A stretch of 64,000 nucleotides of DNA from Cyanophora paradoxa CCMP329 (taxonomy: Eukaryota; Plantae; Glaucophyta). Positions 46,844 to 57,660 of the stretch are shown piece after piece. The notes beneath the pieces were generated by a model. The model was not told the DNA's origin and ran no database searches. It saw only the letters and a list, made by a program, of their open reading frames with translations. Numbering within the stretch: position 1 is the first letter of the stretch; the number at the start of each line of letters is the position of its first letter. A program made the translations under genes and the position numbers. The stretch is from assembly GCA_004431415.1 (NCBI GenBank), contig QPMI01000414.1:113257-177256 (forward strand), in the 5' to 3' direction.

Positions 46844-49195
46844 TTACTCATCCCCACCTTCAACATCACTGTCATCCACCAACTTGCGACTATGCTTCTT
46901 TTTGATCCCAAAGTAGCCACGAGCAAGAACACCATTGACTCGCTTTCTCTCAGCCTTCACATTAAAGACTTCGCGAAGTCTCTTCAAGATAGTGCATTCT
47001 GTGATTTTCTCATCAGATTTGCCCATGTGATCTATCTTAAAGTGACTGATAATGGACTCACTTGTGGCGAAATCCCTTGACTCTTGGTGAGTTCATAACT
47101 CTCACGAATCCATTCTCCAATCTTGTCATTCTCATTGAAATATTCAACACCTTGATCAACAATGGACTGGGTGGTTTGGTGACGAATTCATTGAGAGAAT
47201 GGGTTCTCCACATTTCCAGGAGAATGGACATATGCGCCATTTTATAATCGTCATCATTCTTCATTAGGCGCATGAGAGTGGTGTCTGCTTTCTTCTCACC
47301 AGGCTGAGGATCGACCTTGAAGACATTTTCGAATCGGTAGTAGATAATTCGCCTTTGAATTGCTGCATCTGGTTTACTGATTCCCAAGTTGTCATTTGTG
47401 GACAAGAACAACTGGAACATGGGAATGAATGTAACAAGATCTTTGAAAAGAGCTCGAACCTTCATCTCATTCCCACCAGTAACCTGTTTGATTTTGTTCA
47501 GTTGAAGCATATCACCATCTTCTGCTTCATTACTGAAAACAATTCGTTTACCAAGAATGCAAGCGAGTTCTGGGGAAGCCTCTGACGAACTCTTCTTGGG
47601 TTTAGTCCAATATGTCATGTCCAGTGACCCATAATACTCACCAAATGTGTCTTTCACCAACTCTTGGAGCAGTGATTTCCCATTTGCTCCAATTCCAGTC
47701 CAGCAAGTGTATCTCTGATTTTCTGTCAAACCACTCAGGGCATAGGCAATTAATCCCATCATAAATTCGCGGTTTTCATCAGATTCGATAATATCTGCAT
47801 AGATGGATTTAATCTTCGCAACTTTCTCTTGGTCAATTTCTGTGGTGTAATCGTAGCCAACAGTCTTACTCACCATATCATCTGGGAGTCCCTGTCGAAA
47901 AGTCATGGAGTTCAGGTCAAACACACCATTTGTAAATCCAATGATGTTGGGAACAGTATCAAGTCTCTCGAAAAAGGTCTTGTCACTGAACAGAACTGAA
48001 AGATCAGACATAAGTGCAGTTCTGTATGTAGTCTGTTTGAGGCTCTTAGCAATTCCCAGCAGAATCTTTGACCTTTCCTCCAAGGAATTGCGGTTCTCTT
48101 CATCACGAAGTGCTCTCTGTGCGAGTTGAACAGAACGTTGAAGATAAACTGGACAGACCTTGCAGCTCAAACAGAGAAAGATTCGCTTCCCAGTTTCATC
48201 CATCTCCCAAATCCCACATACATCATTGAACTTGAACCAGGTCTTGTTGGAATACTTGTATTTGTCTTGCAGAACAAGATAGGCAACCTGTGCAACATCA
48301 TAATGGGCACCATCAGATCCAGCAGACCGATCAATCAGATTTTCGATCTTCACATCTGTCTCTTCCTTCACACGAACTGTGATGCTTCGCTTTTTGCAGT
48401 TTGCACTGTAACTCGAAACAATATATTTGTCCTTCTCCTTCCTTGAACAATATACCAATTGTTCGAGTCATGGCTTCCCTTGCAGCAGGGACAGATCAGA
48501 CCTTTGTTCTCAGCAGTGAAATTGTATCCCATCTTGGTCTCATTGATGATTGTGGGCAAGATGAAACCGAATTCTTCAGTTTAGAAAGAATATGTTTCTG
48601 CAAATTCTCCTCAGCGCACCTCTCAAATAAGAATGTGCACCTTTGGGAATTCGTAGTTGTCAACAATCCACTTTTGCAACTCAGCAGTAGGTTCATTTAA
48701 CTCACACTCAGATGCCCATGGCTCTCTGATCCATGTTTTGTTGGGACTGGGACAAATATTAATTACCCCAGCAGTCCCAGTGGATGCAATCGTTTTGCAG
48801 TCGATCTTGGGGTTTCCTTTGAATGCACCTGCTTTATCCAGATCTTACAGTGTCGAATTCAACAGGTCGGGCAAAGAATGCATGATATCCTTTTTGGTTT
48901 TAGCAAGAGGATTAACACCACCGAAATCATCAGGGAATTGCTCCTCGAATTTGGCGAAATCCTCCTCTTGGTCGAAGTCAATTACCAGGATATTACGAGC
49001 GAGAATCCCCAAGCAGTATATTACCGGATTTCAGGGCTTCATCGAATTTATCCCAAGTCCAGGTTCCGTCTTTATGAGCGAAAAGCGGTCTCTTGGTATC
49101 AGGATCAACAGGAATTACGAGATTCTCAGACAGGACATCGTCTTCACGAAGCCATCAACAAGGCGTTTCAGGGATTTCTTGGCGGCAGCGTTCAT
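46844..49195 (-). CDS. PrimPol - Zn finger - D5-like SF3 helicase (several frameshifts)
   Basis: Reconstructed N-term ILVIDFD and TKK(G)YHAFF (AEP motifs I/II), CPCCKGSH...C; IIGFTNGVFDL (D5_N), GIGANGKS (Walker A), IVFSNE (Walker B), LSTN, AIQRRI; C-term RGYFGIK. Confidence 0.88.
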
Positions 49196-49407
49196 TTCGA
49201 AAATCGGGGGCTTCTTATACTTAATGGAGAAATTAATTTCTCCGGTCGCTTGTCATTTTTTGGCGGCTAACCTTTAAATACCTTTGGGTTTTCCGATTGG
49301 CGCTCGATATATGGTAATGATCCATCGAAAAGTCGATTGATCATGGTAACAAAAGGATTCAGCGGATATCTGGGACTTTGGGGCGGTTCAGTATTTCCTG
49401 GGACGAC

Positions 49408-49614
49408 CTACTGGGCGTTTACTGGATTATTGGGATCCATCTCAGCAGCTTTCCTGCGATAATATCGTTCCAGTGCCTTTTTACGATATAATTCACGAAA
49501 TTCCTCATCTTGATAGCGTTTCTGGAAATACAAGCGGTCATACAACCTTTTCCTCTCATTGGGATCCATTTCGCTCATTGCAAGTTCGAATTCGACCACA
49601 GATTCAGTTTCCAT
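49408..49614 (-). CDS. Small basic helical hypothetical protein
   Basis: 68 aa, RKRLYDRLYFQKRY...RKKALERYYRRK, similar in character to small nucleic-acid-binding ORFs of large DNA viruses. Confidence 0.5.
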   Translation of the reverse strand: METESVVEFELAMSEMDPNERKRLYDRLYFQKRYQDEEFRELYRKKALERYYRRKAAEMDPNNPVNAQ

Positions 49615-50069
49615 TTGATATGTTCCTTATATTTGGACGAGAAAATAATTTGTCCGGTTCACCAATCAAACACACCTTACCCTTAAATCCCTTGTCATTT
49701 TTTGCAGATCGAGACCAGTTCCTGTCTACGCTTTTTTATTGCGTCTTCTGTTGCATATTCAGCGGATTTCCTTTCAAGGATAGCATAGATCTCAGAGAGA
49801 CTGAGCATTCGATATTAATTACCGAGATTTAATTTCGGATCTGTGAAAGATACAGACTGCGCCTCACTGTCTCTGTTTTAATATGCTCTCGAAATCCACC
49901 GAGTCTGTGGATAATCGCCTACCACCAGATCCATGACTTCAGTGTCAGAGAATTCGATTTCGACTTTGGTTCACAGCAACCACTGTGACAATTGCTCACA
50001 ATGTGGAGATTAAACATCTCAATGATTTTCGCAAGAAATCCATGATGCTCTCTCTCTTAAAGCGAGATA

Positions 50070-50786
50070 ATTAAAGCCAAACTCGTCGTTTATATACTGT
50101 TGGGGCAACACCTTTATCGACCTCTGATTTGGTAGCACCAGGTTCAATGGTCCCTTCTGGGTTTTGGTCTTCATCTCATCAACTGCCTGCTCATCAATTT
50201 GAGTCTCTTTCTTACCAATGAACTGCTTATCTGGAGACCAGTGATTCCCATTCTATACACCTCCTTTCGCAGCATCTCCTTAATTTCGCTCTCTCTTTCT
50301 TCTCAGAGACATACTGTTCAAGAGCACTCGATTTCGCTTCCAGATCTTTAAGTTTCGCAGTCATTTCGTCCCATTGGGCTTTGGGAATTCGTGGATATTC
50401 TGTGTAGGTGCGACCTTGTAGGTACCTCACCAGCCATGGATTGAATTACCTTGTCGATTCTTTGGAGACACCTTCACCTTTGCGGGCAAGTGAGAGATCT
50501 TGCAGACCAGTCCTTTTCATCAGCAGCACCAATATTCGACGAGCACCTTCACCAACTGCCTTCATCTTTGTGGTTCGGGCGAAATATTCAATGATCACTG
50601 TGGATGCTTGGGCGCTTTATCATCGGGATTCTTCGTAAGCAGCATTGAGGGATCTTCTGTTGCTGTGATGCTTTACTTCATTGACACCATTGAATTTCAT
50701 GGGATCTGTGTTAATAGAACCGGTTCCAGAGGATGCAGAATATGACATAGCACCAGCAGGAACACCAACTTTGCGTTTGAAGGCAT
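50070..50786 (-). pseudogene. Fragmented hypothetical viral ORF
   Basis: Coding-like pieces in shifting frames (RYLQGRTYTEYPRIPKAQWDEMTAKLKDLE); no family recognised. Confidence 0.35.
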
Positions 50787-50836
50787 TGTATATTTATAGA
50801 AGCAGAGATTATTTTACAATCCTCTCTTATATCGCA

Positions 50837-51580
50837 TCAGTTTTTTGAATGAACACCACTCTTACCTCTTGGGGCTTCCTCTTTCTGTGGAGTGGTAGTT
50901 CTCTCTTTCTTTTTGGGCTTCCTGTGGAACCGAGGAAATGCGAAATCTTTGACCAGATCCGCTTTATCAACATAATAGTTCACCGAATAATTGCAGAAGA
51001 CCACACAATATATTGGTAGAGTGTACATACTCCTCAAACATCTTATAGAAATCGTCCTTGTTTCGCATGATATTTACTCCTCTTCAATGGCTTCGAGTTC
51101 TTTGCGATTTGCAGCACTCAGGAACACAGCATAATCCGAATTTACTCGAATTGTTGAAGAAACCTTCCTCAGCTTCTGTGTGATGCAGATAATCGAGATT
51201 TTCGAATGGCGACCTCTGGAATAAAGAGATCCACGATTTTGTCTCGGGTCAAATCAATGATTTCGTTGTCTATTAGATCATCTAAGACACACACAGGTGA
51301 TTGACAGGTTCCCTTTTTCGATTTTCTCCTGCCTTTCATCCAGTAATTTGGAAATGTAAGCAGCATCCCATTTCCGAGTTGCAATGTTGCAACTGCATCC
51401 CAGAAATGATTGAAGGACGTCCCACTCACAACAAGAACAGTATCAATCTTTTTCGCATCATGCAGCTGTTTCAACCAATATTTCACACATTCTGACTTGC
51501 CTGTTGCAGACTTTCCTATGAAAAGAGCACGAAATGGTGGGTTATCATCTCAGAGCAACAAATTCTTCTAAATCGTTCAT
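50837..51580 (-). CDS. A32/FtsK-HerA family genome packaging ATPase (frameshifted)
   Basis: Across frames: PPFRALFIGKSATGKS (Walker A), VCVLDD (Walker B), RGRHSKISIICITQ, TIRVNSDY. Confidence 0.88.
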
Positions 51581-51642
51581 GGCTTTGTAGATCTTTCTTA
51601 TTAAAGATAGATAAAAATAACGAAACGTTACTGATAATGGTT

Positions 51643-52991
51643 TTACAGATTGATCGCTCAGCCGTCCTTATCGACTATAATGAAACTGTGCATGAGAGCA
51701 CGAACATTAACAGTGATTGTCTGGTCAGAAGGCATGTATAGAGTGAGGAAAGAGGAGGAGGAGTTCGTGAGATCAACATAGCCAGACTGGGCAATGTTGC
51801 GAATCGCTTTCTCTCCATCAACACAGAATGGTAGACCACTGAGGACATATTTGTCTGCAACCTTGTCCATATTTGAGCACTTGAAGGCATCCGCAATTAA
51901 TTCGGCACCTTTGAGGAGAGGATGGCTCAGTAGCATAGAGACGTTGACCATTAATTTCAACAGTGAAAGTATGTCTTTTGAGTTAGCATGCGTTTTAGAC
52001 ACTGTGGGAACCATTGAAACCATCAATACCTGCGGCATCACGAACTGAAACAAGAAGACCATAGACAAGACCAGAGATCTGTGACAGGTTAATACGATTT
52101 GGTTGAGCATTTCCTTTTGCAGCAAAATTGACACTGTCAACAAAACCAATATCCAGAGCAGGAATAGCCATACCAGTGGTCTTCACCTTCTCAATGACAG
52201 TAGCAAACAGTTCATCAGAAACATTAATAGCATGCATGTAAAGACGAGGAGAAGTGACTTTAATTTCGGGGGTTGTTCACAATTCAAAGTGGTGATTGTT
52301 GACCAACATGGGCAAGAGTAGCATTAGCAGTAGCACCAAGTCCATCATCCTCTGTCTTATCAGCAGCTGTTCCACCAACAACGGAAGAGCACGACCACCA
52401 TAAGAAGTCTCAACATAACCCTTTCCAGCATCCTTGAACCAGACAGTACCACCATTTCTCCTGAGAGAGCACCAAGAGGAGGTAGTGGTTTAGCCATGGG
52501 ACTGGGATTTCAGAAAAATGACCCACCAAGTCGGTTGGTTCCATGGGCAGGGATACCATGAACCATTCCCATTGAACGCTTCTTCTTGGCGAGTTGATCC
52601 TCACTGTAATAGATAAGAGGGAAATGAGCAAGGAAATCAGAAGGCACATGGAAGTGTAAGATCCATAGGTGATTTCAAGTCGAGAGACAAGAGCACCAAC
52701 TGGGCGAACGTATCCATTGCGAACAAGGTCGGTATCACCAGCAAAAGTGACAGCTGGAAGGTCAAACGCAAGTTCGAGTTTTCCACAGAAATTGTAGCGA
52801 GGGAGCTTGAAAGAAATGCGATTTCCAGCATTATTCTCGAAAGTGTTGCTTGGTTCACAACAACAAGAACTGGCTTCGACTTGGATTCAAGACCAAGCAT
52901 GAGAGAGTTGTCCAGAAGAACGCCTTGGCTTCTTCCGGGTTGTTAGAGCTTCTTTCAGAGAAAGACGTTGGAGGGTCGAAGTAATATCCAT
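51643..52991 (-). CDS. Probable double jelly-roll major capsid protein (multiple frameshifts)
   Basis: About 450 codons of beta-rich pieces (LAFDLPAV, GALVSRLEITYG, ISGLVYGLLVSVRD, SGYVDLTN..LTL...TVNVRALMHSFIIVDKDG); lies between ATPase and penton genes. Confidence 0.7.
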
Positions 52992-53107
52992 GATTATCTC
53001 TTTATTATACTGCAACATAAAAAATTCACCAATGATCCTTGATTTTACGCAAAATCGCAATTACAGGATAAGATGGATGGGTTTCCGCCATTCTCCTCTT
53101 GAATATT

Positions 53108-54043
53108 CTACACAGGATCACCAGCAGGTTCATCACCATATCGAATTTCGAAGGTGAGGTGCACAGGTTGACCTCGAAATCAATTGGTTCATTAATGCAT
53201 TCACAATGTCAACCGAAAATGTGGAGAGCCCAGATTCTTGTTATAGTATTTATAAATCGGATGGGCTTCTGTGAATTATAAACGACATGCTCACCATAAT
53301 CTTTATCAGGAACCACGATTTTGTGGAAATATCCAGTGAGGAGACCATCACCACATTGCACAAGATCACCCAGCTCTTTACTCTCACAAATAGGACACTA
53401 TCCCTGGTCTTCTCGGGTTCAAATGAAGATATAATACCATGCACCATCGACCCAGTGAAGATACCATCAGTAAGAGTATTTAACCTGAGATTGGATTGGT
53501 GTGTTACCATATCTCCAGGATCAAGACCAAGCAGTCGAGCAGAACTCAAAAACTCTGAATCTGTGCCTGGGTTGGGTTAATTGCGGTTGAGAAAGCCAGG
53601 TAAAACGGTATGGTTGAATGGAATATAACTCGTTTCAGTGTATCATCCCATTTGCAACGAATAGCTACTGCTGGTTCTCTCAATGCAAGTTTGGAGTTAA
53701 TTACATTCACCAGTTGTTGGTGGTTTTGAATGGGTGTGCTGCGACTTATCACAATGTGTTTCCATGATTCATAATCAGCAGCAGGTCGATCAGTTGGAAT
53801 ACCAGTGCTTCCTGCACCAGAAAGATATTCAGACCAATAAAGGTAGATTGCATTATCAATTGTCACATCTCCTACTTTGGTTTCACCACTCACCATGGGA
53901 ATGCTGTTATAGAATTCTGCTGAGACCAGTCTCACTGCTCTTACAAATTCATATGTGCTGGGGAGGCGAGCAATAAAACTCGAAGTAGGTCCATCTCCCG
54001 AAATTGTATTGAAAGAGCTCACTTCAATGTAATCCACAGGCAT
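53108..54043 (-). CDS. Minor capsid (penton) protein 1, frameshifted
   Basis: YIEVSS...SSFIARLP..YEFVRAVRLVSAEFYNS N-terminus; C-terminal NEPIDF.GQPVHLTFEI across frames. Confidence 0.7.
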
Positions 54044-54071
54044 CTTCTTTTATCTATAAACATATATTAAA

Positions 54072-54998
54072 ATGATTCGGCTGGTCAATATAGATAGCAG
54101 AGACCGATCAGATGGACAAATAGAAAACTCCTACAAAGTTTCACTCACAACCCCAGTGACCAAACCAAGAGAATGTCGAGTTTTGTATGCAGAGATCCCC
54201 AACAGCATCTATAACTCCATTGGAACAGACCACCTTCTTGTCAGATTCTACTACCAAGGCATCTCTGAAACCAAGCAGTCTTCCTTCTCCCAAGTGGTTA
54301 CATAAATCAAGGTCATTTCGGGTCACCACTCCATATAATTATGGTCTGAATTTCACATTTACTGGGAGCAACAATCTCACATATGCATTCAAGGTCTACT
54401 ACAACCCTACCTCCTACAAATTGGAGTTTTACAGTAATGTTCAATTCGATATGGTTGCATCTACACAGAGATTGGGTAAACTTCTTGTGTGAGTTCAGTG
54501 GAGTGGGTGGCTTCCACTGAACAGATTTACGATTTCCAGAGTCTGCAAGGTCTTTATATGCCCCGAGAATTTCCTTTATTTTTCAGGAATACCAATCACC
54601 CCAAACCATCCCCAATGGGAATCACATTCACAGGATATGAATTCGAGGCATCTCGCTTAAACTACAAGTTAGAAGCATCCAAGATGACAGATATGAATGC
54701 AGAACAGTATTTATACATGCACATTAAAGAACTCTCCCCATTTGCTACAAACCACAATATTGTCCCAAGATCACAACCACAGAATCAAGGGGCGATTCTC
54801 AGATTGCAGTTAAGTAAAGATATTGGGCAGTATGTTTATCACAGTGGAGAGCACAGTGAATACATAAAAATAACCGATCGAAACCTTGTGATTAGAGAGT
54901 TAACAGTTGAGTTTCGCGATTATTATGGTGATCTTGTAGATATGAATGGAATTGACAACTCATTCCAGTTAGAGTTCTTGGCTATTGGTAATGATTAA
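54072..54998 (+). CDS. Minor capsid (penton) protein 2, frameshifted
   Basis: LVNIDSRDR...YKVSL...VLYAEIPNSIYN; YLYMHIKEL; IRELTVEFRDYYGDLVDMNGIDNSFQLEF, typical PLV/NCLDV penton termini. Confidence 0.82.
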
Positions 54999-55246
54999 AC
55001 CGATCCTGATAGAAGAACTCCCCATCTGTCTCGAAAATATTAAGAATGGGACTCTTTCGATCTTCTGTATACCATCGGCGAATTGTCTTATCCCATTTAG
55101 CACCATTCTTTTTCAAGAATCTACAAAGAGTTGATCTCCTTGTAATTCGCAATCCATCTCTTGAAAGATCTCATAATGATCTTGTATTCTTTTCACAATC
55201 AAGATGTAAGTCCATGGAAATTGTGATATTGCTGGTTAATCGGCAT
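54982..55246 (-). pseudogene. Small DUF5710-like ORF (frameshifted)
   Basis: Minus frame FLKKNGAKWDKTIRRWY matches the GA.WD....WY pattern. Confidence 0.45.
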
Positions 55247-55293
55247 GTTTCCTTTACAGCATGATGGGAAATCGTTTGTCATTTTTTGGCGAA

Positions 55294-56671
55294 ACGAGAG
55301 TATCTCATGAGATAGATGAGAGAATAACAGGTGTGTTTTCAGGGTTGGAGAAATCGGAGAAACATAGAGTATTGCGATTTCCGAGTTAGTTGACACTGAG
55401 AAATTCAGAATTTCAGATGGTCTTACTGAAAATGGTCAGATAATCGGGTGTGACACCTATTTAATTGACTGTGACGCCTCTTTAATTGACTGTGACGCCT
55501 GTGACGCCTGTGACGCCTACTTTCAAACTTTTTAAAATTTTCAAAAATGACAGACTTCTTAAAACAGCCGTCACAGCCGTCACAGGCGTCACACCCAATT
55601 AAAAATGGAATCTCTTTCTCTTACTGAGATATTCAAAAATATATTCTTGTCTTACTGAAATCCGTCTTGTGACACCTCTGACACCTACAAAACACTATCC
55701 ATTAATCCACCTTTCCGAAAATGCGAAGTTGTCTTACTGGAAATGGTCTGCAATTTCGCTGTGACACCTAATTTAATTGAGTGTGACGCCTGTGACGCCT
55801 GTGACACCTACTTTCAAACTTTTTAAAATTTTCAAAAATGACAGACTTCTGAAAACAGGCGTCACAGCCGTCACAGGCGTAACAGACATTCCACCCCTCT
55901 TACTGACTTTCTCAAAAACAAAACTATCTCTTACTGAATATCATTTGAATACTACCTGTCACACTTGATCTCAATTATTCTGTTTTATAGAACATATGCA
56001 ATCTCATCGATTGTTTAATTGGACATAATGCAACTCAGTGACAGTTTTTTCGATGCAAAAATGTTCATCAGCAATCTCATCGATTGTTTAATTGGACATG
56101 ATGCAGTTCCGATATATTCCAATAGAAAATCGCGCAATCTTCTCAATTGTTTAATTGGACATAATGCAACTCTGTGACACTTTTTCGGTGCAAAAATGTA
56201 AATCCGCAATCCCATCGATTGTTTAATTGGACATAATGCAACTCTGTGACAGTTTTTGCGTTTTCCGATACAAAATGGGCGGTGGTCTACTTCAATACCG
56301 ATGAGATATATCGAGTTTATGCGAATTTATGCGAATTTATGCGAATTAATCGCGATTATATCGTTCTTTAAGTAGTTTAATGTTAATCAATCGAAGTTAT
56401 ATATGTAATCGACAAAGAACATAATCTATCGATATAATATCGATTGAATCAATCGTGAATATGCATTAAATTAAACGCGTTTATCATTTTAATACAAAGT
56501 TTGCATTAATTTATACAAAGTTTGCATAAAAAGTTAAAGAAATTAATCGATAAATATGTATTTTTGTATTAAATTAACACATATTGAAAAACGAATTTAA
56601 ATCCAGAGTGAATCGAGATCGCGAAGCGATCGAGATGAACGAGGGATTTAAATTCGTTTTTCAATATGTGT
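55294..56671 (-). repeat. Right terminal inverted repeat (about 1378 bp) including terminal hairpin 56577-56671
   Basis: Reverse complement of the left TIR; four rather than seven subterminal tandem units. Confidence 0.93.
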
Positions 56672-57164
56672 CGGCAGCGCCTGGGCGACGGGGGCCCGAG
56701 GTGGGGCGGCCGCAGGAGGGGCTCTTCGGAGGCCGGCCCGGGGGCCTGGACGGTGCGGGCCTTCGCGCTCCGCATTGCTGGCGGCGAGAGGCCACGGGCA
56801 CGATTGCAAGGGGGGAGGGCGCTGTGCATCTCGTGCGGGGGGTACGGCAGCGCCTGGGCGACAGGGCCCGAGGTGGGGCGGGAGGCCTAGGGGCTCTTTG
56901 GAGGCCGGCCTGGAGGCCTGGAGGCCTGCAGCTGGAGCCTGGCGGGAGGCCCATCCTCCGAGGCTCCATCTCCCCCCGCTCACGGGAATAGAGTAAACTT
57001 TTACTTCTTGAGTACTTATTCACAAAGAGGGCGGAGGGAGACCAATAGACGGGCGAGGGGTGGGGGGGGGTGGGGAAGGGGGGAGGAGAAGGGGGAAGAG
57101 CCAACAAACCGCCACCGCCGCCAAGGGGAGCGCGTGAGCGCCGCCCGGCCCCTTGCCTGCCCGC

Positions 57165-57660
57165 CGGCTCCGCGCCGGGGCCCTCCCCAGGGAGGGCCCG
57201 CGGGGCCCGCTCGCTAGGGCCGACCCCGCCGCCCGCCCGGCGCGCGGCGCACCTGCGGCGGGCCCTCGATCGCCGCCGGCCGCCCCGCCAGCGTCGCCGC
57301 GCCGTCCCGCACCTGCCGCGTGAGGAGCGCGCGAGCTCCGCCCCGCCTCTCGCCCGCCCGCCGGCCCGCGCCGGGGCCCTCCCCAGGGAGGCCCGCGGGG
57401 CCCGCCCCCTGCTGGTGGCGCGGCGGCGCGCGTCGGAAATCCAGGCGCCGGCCGCGCTGCACGGTCAGCGGGGCGCGGTTTAGAGCGGGCGGGCGGGTTT
57501 AGAGCGGGCTGCGCTGGCTTGAGTTATGATCGGGCGCGCCCGCTTCGGCCCACGGGGCCCCGCGCCCTAGGGCCGGCCCGGCCGCCCGCCTGGCGCGCGG
57601 CGCACCTGCGGCGGGCCCCCCAATCGCAGCCGGCCGTCGTCGCCAGCGCCGCCGCGACGC
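57165..57660. repeat. GC-rich local duplications in host flank
   Basis: cgcgccggggccctccccagggagg at about 57171 and 57367; ctagggccg...ggcgcgcggcgcacctgcggcgggccc at about 57213 and 57567. Confidence 0.6.

Larger units (their letters stand above)
29761..56671. mobile_element. Endogenous Polinton-like virus (Maverick/PLV-type), 26.9 kb
   Basis: Abrupt AT-rich, intronless, gene-dense island bounded by long TIRs (5'-ACACAT...ATGTGT-3'); encodes pPolB, rve integrase, packaging ATPase, capsid-like proteins and primase-helicase. Confidence 0.95.

Noticed and set aside
42959-54998. Programmed frameshifting or alternative genetic code explaining the split ORFs
   Set aside because: Breaks are frame changes at many unrelated contexts rather than a recurring slippery site or reassigned stop codon.
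29761-56671. Bacterial prophage, contamination or classical virophage
   Set aside because: TIR-bounded with Polinton-type pPolB, rve integrase, A32 ATPase and pentons; no terminase or portal; no virophage-type protease recognised, and the MCP candidate is only about 450 codons.
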